From Eledone cirrhosa (Eukaryota), in NCBI GenBank assembly GCA_964016885.1, contig OZ024742.1:193440001-193504000 (forward strand): a stretch of 64,000 bases of DNA, in the 5' to 3' direction. The position numbers and the translations under genes were made by a program. The notes below the pieces were generated by a model. It ran no database searches, was not told where the DNA came from, and was given only the letters and a program-made list of their open reading frames with translations. This document shows positions 29,163 to 41,105 of the stretch, piece by piece. Numbering within the stretch: position 1 is the stretch's first letter; every line of letters begins with the position of its first letter.

Positions 29163-30179
29163 TGTGTGTATGTATGTATTATAATAGATATCCTTAGTTC
29201 AACAAACCTTCTTTCTCATTAAGAACACCAATTTATCATGTGCCGTCTGACTGAAAATGAACTACTTCTCGGTAGGGTTCCATCAGTTCTATACTTACTG
29301 TAGATCCATCATGTTAGCTTTCATTACTTTTATCTAAACAATTTTACCTTACAGCCCTGAATACCATTATTCTCACCGCGTATTAATCACAGCTCTGCTA
29401 AACTGTCTCATGATAAATTATATTTCATCCATTTGCCAGTCCGAAACACAACCACAGCTTCTTGTTCGTTTGTCATACAATCCTTTTAATCACCACGATG
29501 ACCATGACAATAACCACCACCTCCACTTCTATCGTGTTATTAACACATATGTAATATAAACGAACCACACATTTCAGTAATTGTCTAAACAAAGGGAATC
29601 GTGGGAGGAACTTTAGAATTCTGTATGTTTACTATGGAAAATGTTACATTAGAATGCTATATATTTGCATATTGTGTGGGCAATAGTATATAAAAGAGAA
29701 CAAATGACAACCAAGCCAAATTGTTATTTCATGTCTTAGAATATATTATTTAAAAAATGTTCAATTATGCCGTTGTTTATTTGTGGTAATTTAATGTAAG
29801 GAATAATTACGTTGCATTGCTAGGGCAATGTATAAAATGAGATTCGTTAATGACATGAATGAAATATCGCTAATAAAAATGAAATATAAAAAAAACCTTT
29901 CTCTGTTTATGATGAAGTTATATAAATACATCATCGGCTTAAGTTACCATGACAACAGGTTACGCATTATCATCATGTTTTATGTATATATATATATATA
30001 TATATATTATGAAACATGTCGATTAAACCAGATATATATATATTAATAGATAGTTCGATTGATTTTTCATGATATCAACACAGATTGATAAAGATCAATT
30101 AGGTTGTTGCTCTTTAAATACGTAGGAGAGGAAGTGACCAATATTCATGAGTTGGTGGAGTGTTGCCAACATTTCTGAT

Positions 30180-33100
30180 TTGCAGTCCGTTTCTTTAGCA
30201 AAGTTTATGGAATTGTGGCTTTTACGGGAACATATATGGGAAAGTCACCAAACTGTCATGGATTAAAAAAGACACAGTGACCCTGACCACCAGGGTTTGT
30301 GCTCTCTCCCAGTGTTCCACCTCCATTCTACAGGCGCATACTCAGAGCAGAGCCAATCCCTTGGGCCATCCTTGCCTCTCTCACCCATCTTTCAACATTT
30401 AGCTGAGAAAAATGCACTTCCCTCTCCGTCCTGATTTTGCTTTTCAAATGAAATTTGAAAAAGTTAATCAGAGCATCACCGAAGAGGTAAGTGTCGTCTT
30501 CAACCCTTTCCGACGCGTCCACCACACGATCATTTTCGCCATGGCCACTAGGCAGATAAAAACTGCCTAGCCTTCCTGGCTAAAGGAAGAGGGCGGGACA
30601 ACCTCACGATGAACTCAGCTGATAACCGGATCCGTCCTACACGAGACATTAGGTGTCCGATATATACCCACAAGTCAGCAATGCTCGGAAAATTGACGAG
30701 TGCATTCAGGACGGTTTCGTCGCCCTGTGCGCATTTTGGACAGACCCGGCTGACGGTACCTCCATGCCTGTATAGTTTATCCCGAACTCGCAAAGATCCG
30801 GTGTAGCACTGCCAGGCCAGGGATTTCTGGAAGTTGTCCAAGGGCCTCAGCGCGTACGTTTTGCCGAAGGAATTGGCTATTTGATTAATGTGTACGCCCA
30901 GAATGTCCCAAGGACGTAGTCGTTCTTTCCCTCCACTAACCCTCTATAGAACTCCAAGTTGGAATTTGCACCGATCTTACCGCTCGATTGGTCGAGGACT
31001 GTGAGCGCCTGAAGGCATTCCAATCTCCAAGCGCACCCTCTCAGTATTTGCTGGTTGCAGGACTGCAGCTCCGTCAAAGAGACGAGCTGAAGAAAAACGC
31101 GTCAAGCAAACGGCGACCACACCTGATCACCGTCGAGGAAGAGGTGGAGATGTCGTAGCCTGAACGCATGTTTACACAGTATCATCTTTGTGCATCAGGC
31201 ACATCCCTCCAAAAGCAAAAGAACAAACGCTCCAACGCAGTAAAGCGGGGCTTAGGACAAGTCACGACGGTCAGGCAGTAGTAGATACGGGCGCAATGTA
31301 CGCGTTCGCCACCTCCACTCGACCTTTCAGGGATAGCTTCCTCTCGGCACATTTCTGAGTGAGAGAGGCCACCCTGCTCGTCACCTCGTCCCGATGTATA
31401 TCCGCCTGGACGTCCGGACCGAAAGAGACCCCTAACAATTTAACGGGTCCGTCCTTCCAGCGCACAACGACGCTGTTGGGCGGCATGGACCTGCCTCTCC
31501 AAATGCCGAACCGCTGGCCTACTGACTTTTCCTAGTTGATCGTTGCTGCTTTCACCGCCTGATATTCTCGTAGTGTAGTGCCGATCGTCTTGATGTGTTT
31601 GGCAGTCAACACCACTACGGTGACGTTGTTGGCATAAGCTGAGATGGTTCTCCTACATCACAGTTCACGCGGGACGCCCTTCAACGTCTCCAGTGTGTGT
31701 AATAATGGCTCGAGAGTCAATACGTACAACAGGGACGAGAGGGACATCCTTGTAGTACCGAGCGCATTATGTTGAAGGGTTCTGAAAGGTGACCGGTCAC
31801 TCTGACCACAGAGTAGATGTCGTTGTGTATGGACACAACCTCTAATGACGGGCCCAAATCCGCCCGACCTCATGACTGTCACCAGATAACGATTGTCTAC
31901 CATGTCGAAAGCTTTCGATTGATATACATTTATCAAAGCTCCTCCCATGCTAGTTTCGTTAGGTACCCTCACTACGGTGTATCACGAGGTGGAGGTTGTC
32001 GTGGCTGGATCTGCCTGGAATGGCGTATGTCTGCGCCTATCCCACCAGACCACCGACGACAAGCGCCAACTTGTTTGCTAGCACCTTGCCCAAAAGCTTG
32101 AACTTTGCGTTAATCAAGGTTAAGGGCCTGAACTTATCAATCTTGTCTCCCTTGTTCGAGTCTTTTCTCAACAGTGCTACCGAACCTCGGCTAACAGAGT
32201 TAGGAATTCTCCCGTTCTGCTGTCACTTGCAGTAGACGTCCGCCGCCAAGAGTTCGGCGAACAAGTCTGGCATGTGTACGTAAATCTCGTAGGGCAGACC
32301 ACTCAAATCAGGCGATTTACCCATTGTGCAGTCATTGCTACCCGTATTTCAGCGGCTGTTATCGGCTTTTCGCAACACTCCACCTCCGTGTCCGAGAGCC
32401 GCGGCAGTCCGTAGAGATAGGCACTAAAGTTCATCCTGTGTTCCGAACCACCACTTTCCCCGAACAGCTTAACAAAGTGCTGCTGAAAAGCCGCACACAT
32501 TTGCTCCGGTTCGAGTAACATGCGCCCGACTTGGTCCTCTAAAGACCGGATCGTGGCTTTGATGCCACGACGCGCCTCCGCCACTCGAGCCCATCGAATG
32601 GATTTCGTCCCCTCGTGCCTGAGAGCACGTGCCATAGCTCTGACAACGCATCCTTCGTGCTTTGCGTTGAAGGATTAGTCGAGGGCCAATTTCGCCGCAA
32701 GCACGTCGATCGCGATGCCTTTATTAAGCGCTGCGTCTAATTGTTTAACTAGTTCTACCTCTGCTCTATTTTTCTCTGTTGACAACGCCTTACTAAACTT
32801 AATTTACTCTATTCTAATCGCATTGTTATGCCTGTCTCGTCGCATAAACAGCCACTAGTCTAAAAGCATAGCCTTCGCTGCTGGTTACGTGCAGCACCAC
32901 TAATTTACTTTCTTGGTCCAGGAATATGGTCCGTATCACGAGATCCTAACTACCGAAGATGGGTGCGAAGGCACGTGCCTCGTAAATTCTGATCTTGCTG
33001 ATGGCCACCAAATCTATGCTCATTGACCTGAGATCGTTGAGCAGGTGACCCTGTGCACTTATGCTGCCTATTCTGAGTATTTTGAAAAAGAGTGGCAAAA

Positions 33101-33235
33101 GATGGGAAAGACCACTTACCTCAGTTCTTGTGGAGGAAGGTTGGTTTTTCCGTCCTTCTGACTGTTTGTGGCCCACACCAGGAATGATGTCTTTATGTAT
33201 CCCCCTGGAATGTGTTTGCTGGAAACCTTCCAGTG
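30180..33235 (-). mobile_element. Old, decayed, 5'-truncated copy of the L1/Tx1-type LINE found at 35038-47341
   Basis: Collinear broken ORFs: KTNLPPQELR* (ORF1 end), LRIGSI..QGHLLNDLRS, ARALRHEGTK, QSKAFD, LLYVLTLEPLL, KLSLKGRVEVANAYIA, MDNFQKSLAWQCY..CPKCAQGDETVL, FFKFHLK; most of the EN is deleted. Confidence 0.93.
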
Positions 33236-33237
33236 GG

Positions 33238-33600
33238 CCCTGTCAGAAGCAACCGTCTCCAGCTGATCCGGTTGGAACCCAAAGCATGACCAGCCAAGCT
33301 CATGGATACTATCCAAACATCTTGCTCGATGTCTAACCCTGGCCCTCTTGCCAGTTGGTTTGGTCCGTACATTCTGTTCAGCGATTCTTTTCTATGACAT
33401 TCTAACCACATAGTATCGGAGCTGTGATCTCTCAATTCGGAGAAGTAGCCGCTCTACCAGGAAGATTTTTTTTATCTTTGCTTTACGCACCTTATCGAGT
33501 AACGTTTCTCCTTAATCCCATTTCCACTGCTTGTATTCATGATTGTATTCTTTCGTTCATTGCCCCCGATTCATGAGCCTTAACTGTAAACGGTTAATTG
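33238..33600 (-). mobile_element. RTE-clade LINE 3' fragment
   Basis: Nucleotide similarity to 57710-58140 (CCTGTCAGAAGCA.CCGTCTCCA.CTGA..GACATTCTAACCACATA..TGTGATCTCT.AATTCGGAGAAGT). Confidence 0.75.
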
Positions 33601-34854
33601 GCAGACAGGTAATTTTTTTGTTTTTCAGTGATTAATAAAGTATTTTATTTTCAAAAGATAAATAAATATGTTAAAGAAAGACATAAGCAAAACGAAGCAA
33701 TGAGAATATATGGAGGAGGTAAGGAAGGGAACATGAAGCCGTATGGCAAAGTAATTTAATTATGGAACTCAGAATGATTTGATCGGAGAGAGCAGAAGAA
33801 GCATATCTACTGTGACATCTAATCAAACTCTCTAACGATTCTGCCAATAAACCGTTTTATTTTAAATGTCATTATCGCTTCACTATTTGTTTCCTTTCCT
33901 TTTCGGCTTAATATAGATATGAGTGTAGATATGGGTATCATATAGTTCAATATAAACTATAGTTTGATTTTGGATTCTTCTCAACTGTAGACAACACCTA
34001 CAAAACATTTGCTTTTCCTCGCAACCCATTTACACGCAAATATGCTCATGCATATGTAAGCATTTGCAATTTATAATCTTCACTTATCAAGCATGTTTTA
34101 ATATTATATTCCCTGCATTAGGTTTATGGAAAACAGGCCTGATAGAAGGTTACTTTGCAGTTTATATTAACCCTGTTCATGTGTTTTCCTCATAAAAAAA
34201 CTCTCAATAACGATGGCCTAAATAATATTACACTTCCCTCTTTGATGTATGATGTAACATTATGTCTATTGAATACATCCACTCAAATAGATCAAGTTAT
34301 ATCAATCGTGATAGTATTGAACACCTAAAATGAACTACATAAACTTTTACCTTTTTTTTTCTAACATGGAAAGGGAAGGAAAATGTCAGAAATCTCATGA
34401 AATCCCTTTTAAAGAACATGGCGAAAGCCTAGCAATTATATGGAAGTTATCGCAGAAAATTATTTTCTTAAAAGCTAATCGAATTATGTATTTTAGTCAA
34501 TGTAGCCAATACAGCATTAGGAAATATGGGATTAATGCATTTAATGGATATTGGATTCTACAAATACAATAGTGTGTCATGTGCTGTAGATCTTTTAATA
34601 GAAATTTCGTAAACAGGAGGTGAAACATATAATTTCTATACGGTACATAATTTCTATAGTTTACATGTTTTTCTAATTATTATAAATATGTAAAATACCG
34701 TATATAAGCTTTTGTTTTTTGCTCTTGAATTTAGATCTAATATATTTTTTAAGGAGAGAAAATTGAAACGGGTTGTTTCCAGCTTTCAAGCTGGAATATA
34801 ATTAGGAAGCATCTAGGATCTAGTCTAAAGATCTCTCTTTGTTTTTTCGTCCAA

Positions 34855-34974
34855 TTTCTTCTTTTTCTTCTTCTTCTCCTTCTTCTTCTTCTTCTTCTTC
34901 TTCTTCTTCTTCTTCTTCTTCTTCTTCTTCTTCTTCTTCTTCTTCTTTTTCGCCTTATTCTTCTTCTTCTTCTT

Positions 34975-35037
<63 letters not shown>
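34855..35037. repeat. Compound (TTC)n-(TTA)n microsatellite
   Basis: Seen directly. Confidence 0.95.
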
Positions 35038-35252
35038 GAATGCCATGGTTGACGGAGGCTCGGCTCTGTAAGGTATAGTAATTTTTAACCGTTAAAACAA
35101 TTGTAAATTGTTTAAAACTTGAACCAAATTGTTGATAAAGACACCCTCCTCCTCGTGAGAGGGGTCTTTCTGTCCGTTATTTGGCCCTTCGGGGTTAAAT
35201 AATCAGTTATTGGGGTTTTGTACCCAAAATTTCATTTTAAACAAAAAACAAC

Positions 35253-37349
35253 ATGGCTACGAAAAAGAAATTTCATACGTCACTCCCACTCATTCCGTCT
35301 TCTTCTTCCTCAATCATCACTACAGCAGAGAGAAGATTGTCTCTCTCCCTCCCTTCTTTAAATGTGTCTCTCTCCCTCCCTTCTCTTTCGCAAGTGACGA
35401 AAGAAAAGAAAAGTCTCGTGCAAAGCGTGCAAGGTTTCTCCACGACGACGACGACAGCGACGAAACAGGTGTGCGGGAAATACGAAAACCCAGTTCATTC
35501 GTCTGACGTCAGGAATAATAGCAGTAGCAGCCGTAATAACAACAGCAACAGTGACAATGAAAACAACACTAGCAGCCGCAACAGCATCACCAGCAGCATA
35601 AACAACAACAGCATTAGCAGCAGCAACACCAACAACAACCACAGCAACAGCGGCGGAGGCAGTAGTCGTAGTACCTGCAGCAACAACAAAAGTACCAGCA
35701 GCTCTGACGACAACAACAACAGCAGAGAAAAACCAATCTCATTTGCAGGTATTGCGAAAAACTTGGAAACAATCCTCATAACAAATGAGGAATTAGAGGA
35801 AGCGAAGAAGATGGTGACAAAGAACGGACACCGAGCAATCTGCAAGGCAGCGAAAAATTTTTTCGAAACCCAAGAGCACTGTACGGTCACGTACCGTACA
35901 GTAAGTACAAAATCCCGTAGGGTGGAAAGAGCCACAGAGGCCCAAATACAAAAAGCCTTGGGGTCTGTGTGGCAGCGGAAAACGCACATCACCCGAGGCA
36001 AAAAATATGCCACCGTAGACGTACTTTTTGCCACACCCCAGGAGGCAAAGGCCCAATCAGTAGTGACCCTAAGGAGCGAGGAAATGGTGTTGGTGCCCTC
36101 CTACTGTGGGCAAAAAATTGTGAGGGTCAAACTGACCCACGTCCCCCCCGGAATGACCCCTTCTTGGCTGGCCGCGTCTGTCCTCGTCGGAATCGAGGAC
36201 AAAACAACTGTACTGCAAGTACAGAAAAAAGTAAGAGAAGATTGGGTCGGCTCCTCCATTGAGATGCTAATCCAAACCAACCAGGAGTGCATCGAAGCTA
36301 TCCCGGATGTGATAGACTTCGATAACGGCACTCAACTGCCCATAAGTGTTGAGGGCAAACGCCCGAAATGCTTTCGCTGTGGATCGAAGACTCACCTCAG
36401 GGCCTTCTGCAACGAGAAGACCCTGAGAAAGGAGAAAACCCCCCTCCTTCCGAATCCGGCTCCACGGCTACCAGCAACAGGACAAGCGGCAACCAGGAAC
36501 GATAGGCCCGTGGCACCCATACCCACTCCACGGAAATCAAAAACAGCAGCAGCAGTGGAAATACTAACAACAACAACAGCAATACCAAATGCAGCTGCAA
36601 CAGAGACTCCAGTGCAAACATCACCAACAACAACAAGTGAAAGAGTGGAGTTGGTACCCCTCCCCGACCTCACAGAATCAGACATGGAGTGTGAGGTGGG
36701 AGAGAGATGGCAAAAGGTCGTAAGAAGGCACAAACGCAGAAGCAGCGCATCGTCGCCTTTGAAAAGGGAGGAAAGAAATGAGAAAAGGGTAAAGTCTACT
36801 GCAAAGAGACCCACAGCAGCAACAACACCAACACCATCACCACCCACACTAGCGCCACCATCACCACCGGCGACAACCCCACCGCCAACAACACCTTCAA
36901 CACCACCACCACAAGCACCAACCTCGCAAACACAACAACAAAACACACACACCCAGCAACAACGACAAGAAAATAGCAGAACCACACCCCACCCCCAGAA
37001 AAACAAATGCACGGCAATAAATACACACAACAAGAAACTAATGACTTACATAATTGAACACACAGACATTTCACAACAGGACTACATAATACCAGCACCA
37101 ATCAAAACGCCAACTAACATAAGACTGCTAAAAATAGCACAGAAACAATACACAAATGTTAAAACGAAATTCCCCAACGCAGTTGGTGATTTCAGGGACC
37201 TAGGAGGAACCATCAATCGAAGAGTATACTCAGACATTCTCTTAGAAGAGCCGACGACCAGCCGAAGGGACTATTCAACGGTCCCTTCACCAGACGATCA
37301 AGTGAAAAGGGATGTAAAAACCATCCCTCCTCTACCAAAAGTACGGTAA
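35253..37349 (+). CDS. LINE ORF1 (gag-like nucleic-acid-binding protein with CCHC zinc knuckle)
   Basis: 698-aa ORF; CFRCGSKTHLRAFC knuckle; S/N-rich N-terminus, P/T-rich C-terminal region; directly upstream of ORF2. Confidence 0.9.
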   Translation: MATKKKFHTSLPLIPSSSSSIITTAERRLSLSLPSLNVSLSLPSLSQVTKEKKSLVQSVQGFSTTTTTATKQVCGKYENPVHSSDVRNNSSSSRNNNSNSDNENNTSSRNSITSSINNNSISSSNTNNNHSNSGGGSSRSTCSNNKSTSSSDDNNNSREKPISFAGIAKNLETILITNEELEEAKKMVTKNGHRAICKAAKNFFETQEHCTVTYRTVSTKSRRVERATEAQIQKALGSVWQRKTHITRGKKYATVDVLFATPQEAKAQSVVTLRSEEMVLVPSYCGQKIVRVKLTHVPPGMTPSWLAASVLVGIEDKTTVLQVQKKVREDWVGSSIEMLIQTNQECIEAIPDVIDFDNGTQLPISVEGKRPKCFRCGSKTHLRAFCNEKTLRKEKTPLLPNPAPRLPATGQAATRNDRPVAPIPTPRKSKTAAAVEILTTTTAIPNAAATETPVQTSPTTTSERVELVPLPDLTESDMECEVGERWQKVVRRHKRRSSASSPLKREERNEKRVKSTAKRPTAATTPTPSPPTLAPPSPPATTPPPTTPSTPPPQAPTSQTQQQNTHTQQQRQENSRTTPHPQKNKCTAINTHNKKLMTYIIEHTDISQQDYIIPAPIKTPTNIRLLKIAQKQYTNVKTKFPNAVGDFRDLGGTINRRVYSDILLEEPTTSRRDYSTVPSPDDQVKRDVKTIPPLPKVR

Positions 37350-37384
37350 GTGGTCTTTCCCATCTTTTCCACTCTATTTTAAAC

Positions 37385-40300
37385 ATGACCTCACTCAGAA
37401 TAGGCAGCATAAATGCGCGTGGCTTGGGGTCGTCATGGAAGCAGGGTCACCTGCTCAACGACCTCAGGTCACTAAACATAGATGTAGTGGCCATCAGCGA
37501 GACCAGAATCTCCGAAGCACGGGCCTTCGCACCGATCTTCGGCGGCTACGATGTGTACGCATCTCCCAGCCGTCCTGGATCGGGTGGAGGAGTTGCTGTG
37601 CTTTTTCGGAGAGGTTTGGATCTCGCCATACGGGCCATCTTCCTGGACCCAGAGGGTAAGCTGGTGGTGCTGGACGTGACCAGCGGAGACGGGCAAGCTT
37701 TCAGGCTAGTGGCCGTCTATGCCCCGACAGGAGCAGGGCGGCCTGATTTCTTCCGGCGTCTGGAGACCTTTCTTGGAACGTCCCGCTCTTTAGTGTTAGT
37801 GGGCGACTGGAACGGGATCTTAGATGCACGCTGGGACTGTGTGGGATTAGCGGATAGGGGTGGAGGGTGCAAGAGCCTCACCAACCTGCTCAGGCGTTTT
37901 GAACTGTCTGACAGGTACCGATTGGATTTCCCGAATGTGCCAATGTGGACTTGGACAAACCGCATAGGGTCATCCAGATCATATCTAGATAGAGTATTTT
38001 GTAGGGAAATAGATAGGTCTAGCATAGGCTGTCCACAATTCAAGATAGTCAGCTACACGGACCACAAATTCGTGATCTGTGTGCTTGACTTAGATAGGCT
38101 TCATAGACGAGGACCCGGCTACTGGAAGCTAAACGCGTCCTTACCAGCGCGCAAGGCCTACAGAGACCGGATTAGCGAACTAGTTAAGCGGGCGTTGACG
38201 GGGGCCATCGTCAACAACAAGTGGTGGTTTGCTCTGAAAAGAGCGATTAGAATAGAATCGATTAGGTTTAGTAAGGCTTTAGCAATAGAGAAAAATAGAG
38301 CAGAGGGAGAACTAGTTAGAAAATTAGACGAGGCGCTTAGCAAAGGCATTGCGACCGACGTGCTTGCGGCGAAATTGGCCCTTGACCAATTCTTCAATGC
38401 AAAGCACGAAGGCTGCGTTGTCAGAGCTAGGGTGCGTGCTCTCAGACACGAGGGGACGAAAGCCGTTCAATGGGCCCGAGTGGCGGAGGCGCGTCGTGGC
38501 AACAAAGCCACGATCCGGTCTTTGGTGGACCACGACGGGCGCATGCTACTCGATCCCGGGCAAATGTGTGAAGCTTTTCAGCGACACTTCGCTCAGCTGT
38601 TCGGGGGCAGCGGGGGGCCGGGTAGAGGGATGGACTTTAGTGTCTACCTCGACGGACTGCCGCGGCTCTCGGCCACTGAGGCGAGGTGTTGCGAAAAGCC
38701 GATAACAGCCGCTGAAGTAAGGGAGGCAATGACTGGCTGCACAAGGGGTAAATCGCCTGGTTTGGATGGTCTGCCCTATGAACTTTACGTACAGATGCCA
38801 GACTTGTTCGGAGGCCTCTTGGCGGACGTCTACTGCAACTGGCAACAGAACGGGAGAATTCCCAGTTCTGTGAGCCGAGGAGCGGTGGCACTGCTGAGAA
38901 AGGATCCGAACAAGGGGGATAACATAGAAAATTTCCGGCCCATAACTCTGCTAAACACAGAGTTTAAGATTTTGGCCAAGGTGCTAGCAAAGAGGTTGGC
39001 GCTTGTCGTTGGTGGTCTGGTGGGAGAGGCGCAGACATGCGCCATTCCCGACAGATCCATCCACGACAACCTCCACCTCATGCGATACATCGTAGAGAGG
39101 GTAGCTAGGGAACCTGGCACGGGTGGGTCCTTGATCAATTTAGATCAGTCGAAAGCTTTCGATAGGGTCGACCATCGTTACCTAGCGGCAGTCCTGAGGG
39201 CGGCTGGCTTTGGGCCCGTCTTCAGAGGCTGGATCGCTGCCATGCACAGCGACATCTGCTCTGTGGTGAGAGTGAACGGTCACCTGTCGGAACCGTTCAA
39301 CATCATGCGCTCGGTCCGCCAAGGATGTCCCCTCTCGTCCCTCTTGTACGTATTGACTCTCGAGCCATTACTGCACAAACTGGAGACGTTGAGGGGGGTC
39401 CCGCGCGAACTAGGATGCGGAAGATCCGTGTCAGCATATGCGGACGATGTCACCGTAGTGGTGTCGAACGCCAAACACATCGAGGCGATCGGCACTACAC
39501 TAAGAGAATACGAAGCGGTGACAGGAGCAATGATCAACCAGGAAAAGTCAGTGGGCCTGCAGCTCGGCACCTGGAGAGGCAGGTCCATGCCGTCCAACAG
39601 CGTCGTCGGGCGCTGGACGGACGGACCGGTTAAATTGCTAGGGGTCTGGTTCGGTCCGGACCTCCAGACGGACAAAAACTGGGACGAGGTGACGAGCAGG
39701 GTTGCTTCTCTCACCCAGAAATGGGCGGAGAGGAAGCTATCCCTGAAAGGTCGAGCGGAGGTGGCTAACGCGTACATCGCGTCTGTCATCTGCTACCGCC
39801 TAACCGTCGTACCTTGTCCTAAGCCTCGCCTGACTGCGCTGGAGCGTTTGCTCTTTCGCTTTTTGTGGAAGGGACGTGCTCCGATGGTCAGGCGGTCCAT
39901 CTGTTGTCAACACCCGCTACGTGGAGGGCTGGGCATGCCGTGGCTGATGATGCGCAGGCACGCGCTCAGGCTACGACATCTCCACCTCTTCCTCGACGGT
40001 GATCAGGTGTGGTCGCCGTTTGCTAGACGCGTTTTTCCCCAGCTCGTTTCCTTGACGGAGCTGCAGTCCTGGGTCAAGCGAAGACCGAGAGGGAGCGCCT
40101 GGAGACTGGAATGTCTTCAGGCGCTCACAGCCCTCGACCAATCGGGCAATGTGATCGGTGGAAACTCCACCTCGGCGTTCTATAGAGGATTAGTGGAGGG
40201 GAAGAGCGACGACGTACTTGGGGAAACTCTAGGCGTCGACGAAAATCAACTAGCCAATCTCTTCGGAAGAACTTTCGGGCCAGGGCCTATGGACAACTTC

Positions 40301-40804
40301 CAGAAATCTCTGGCCTGGCAGTGCTACCGAGGAGCCTTGCCAGTTCGGGATAAACTCTACAGGCATGGAGGTGCCGTCAGCCGGGCATGTCCGAGATGCG
40401 CGCAGGGCGACGAAACCGTCCTGCACGCACTCGTCCAGTGTCCGAAAATTGCTGACTTGTGGGTTTATGTCGAACACCTGCTGTCGCGTTTAGGACGGAT
40501 CCGGCTATCATCTGAGTCTATCGTGAGGATTGCCCCGCCCTCCTCATTTAGCCGGGAAGGGCAGGCAGTTTTTATCTGTCTGGTGGCCATGGCGAAAGAG
40601 ATAGTATGGTGGACACGTTTGAAAGGGCTGAAGACGAGCACTTACCTCTTCGGTGATGCTCTGATTGACTTTTTCAAATTTCATTTGAAAAGGAAAATCA
40701 GAGTAGAGAAGGAAGTGCTCTCTTCCCAGCATTTTGTTGAAAGATGGGTGAGAGAAGCAAGAATGGCCCGAGTGAATGGGCCGACTCTGAGTATATATCT
40801 GTAA
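37385..40804 (+). CDS. LINE ORF2: AP endonuclease, reverse transcriptase, C-terminal CCHC (L1/Tx1 type)
   Basis: 1139 aa; SINARGL, SET, VYAP, GDWN, SYLDR, TDH; KSPGLDG, NFRPITLLN, DQSKAFD, RQGCPLS, YADD; CPRC..ETVLHALVQC. Confidence 0.96.
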   Translation: MTSLRIGSINARGLGSSWKQGHLLNDLRSLNIDVVAISETRISEARAFAPIFGGYDVYASPSRPGSGGGVAVLFRRGLDLAIRAIFLDPEGKLVVLDVTSGDGQAFRLVAVYAPTGAGRPDFFRRLETFLGTSRSLVLVGDWNGILDARWDCVGLADRGGGCKSLTNLLRRFELSDRYRLDFPNVPMWTWTNRIGSSRSYLDRVFCREIDRSSIGCPQFKIVSYTDHKFVICVLDLDRLHRRGPGYWKLNASLPARKAYRDRISELVKRALTGAIVNNKWWFALKRAIRIESIRFSKALAIEKNRAEGELVRKLDEALSKGIATDVLAAKLALDQFFNAKHEGCVVRARVRALRHEGTKAVQWARVAEARRGNKATIRSLVDHDGRMLLDPGQMCEAFQRHFAQLFGGSGGPGRGMDFSVYLDGLPRLSATEARCCEKPITAAEVREAMTGCTRGKSPGLDGLPYELYVQMPDLFGGLLADVYCNWQQNGRIPSSVSRGAVALLRKDPNKGDNIENFRPITLLNTEFKILAKVLAKRLALVVGGLVGEAQTCAIPDRSIHDNLHLMRYIVERVAREPGTGGSLINLDQSKAFDRVDHRYLAAVLRAAGFGPVFRGWIAAMHSDICSVVRVNGHLSEPFNIMRSVRQGCPLSSLLYVLTLEPLLHKLETLRGVPRELGCGRSVSAYADDVTVVVSNAKHIEAIGTTLREYEAVTGAMINQEKSVGLQLGTWRGRSMPSNSVVGRWTDGPVKLLGVWFGPDLQTDKNWDEVTSRVASLTQKWAERKLSLKGRAEVANAYIASVICYRLTVVPCPKPRLTALERLLFRFLWKGRAPMVRRSICCQHPLRGGLGMPWLMMRRHALRLRHLHLFLDGDQVWSPFARRVFPQLVSLTELQSWVKRRPRGSAWRLECLQALTALDQSGNVIGGNSTSAFYRGLVEGKSDDVLGETLGVDENQLANLFGRTFGPGPMDNFQKSLAWQCYRGALPVRDKLYRHGGAVSRACPRCAQGDETVLHALVQCPKIADLWVYVEHLLSRLGRIRLSSESIVRIAPPSSFSREGQAVFICLVAMAKEIVWWTRLKGLKTSTYLFGDALIDFFKFHLKRKIRVEKEVLSSQHFVERWVREARMARVNGPTLSIYL

Positions 40805-41052
40805 ACTAAAGGTGGAAAACTGGGAGAGGGCACTTGCCTTGGTGGTCAGGGTCATTGTGGCTTTTTACTGGGCTTTCTCCACAAATGTCCCTCCGAAGTC
40901 TCCCCCCTATTGGGGAATTTTTCATTGTTATTTTTTGTTACATCCTCTGTTTTTGTTTTTTACACGCAGAAATGCCCATTTGTACCGTCCTGCATTGTCC
41001 TGCACTGTCCTTAATGTCTACTTTATGTAAACCCTTGTGGTTAATAAAGAAA

Positions 41053-41054
<2 letters not shown>

Positions 41055-41105
<51 letters not shown>

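Larger units (their letters stand above)
35038..41054 (+). mobile_element. Full-length L1/Tx1-type non-LTR retrotransposon, copy 1 (both ORFs intact)
   Basis: 215-nt 5' UTR, ORF1, ORF2, ~250-nt 3' UTR with AATAAA, (ATT)n tail; both ends defined by alignment with copy 2. Confidence 0.95.

Noticed and set aside
35135-35172. CTCCTCCTCGTGAG resembling the P3/L3 of an HDV-like ribozyme in the Tx1 5' UTR
   Set aside because: Flanks pair as a simple hairpin; no P1/P2 double pseudoknot could be built.
41040-41070. SINE tail (AGAAACAATTATT) resembling the Tx1 3' end (AGAAATCATTATT) as evidence of a SINE-LINE partnership
   Set aside because: Match is too short and AT-rich to be significant.
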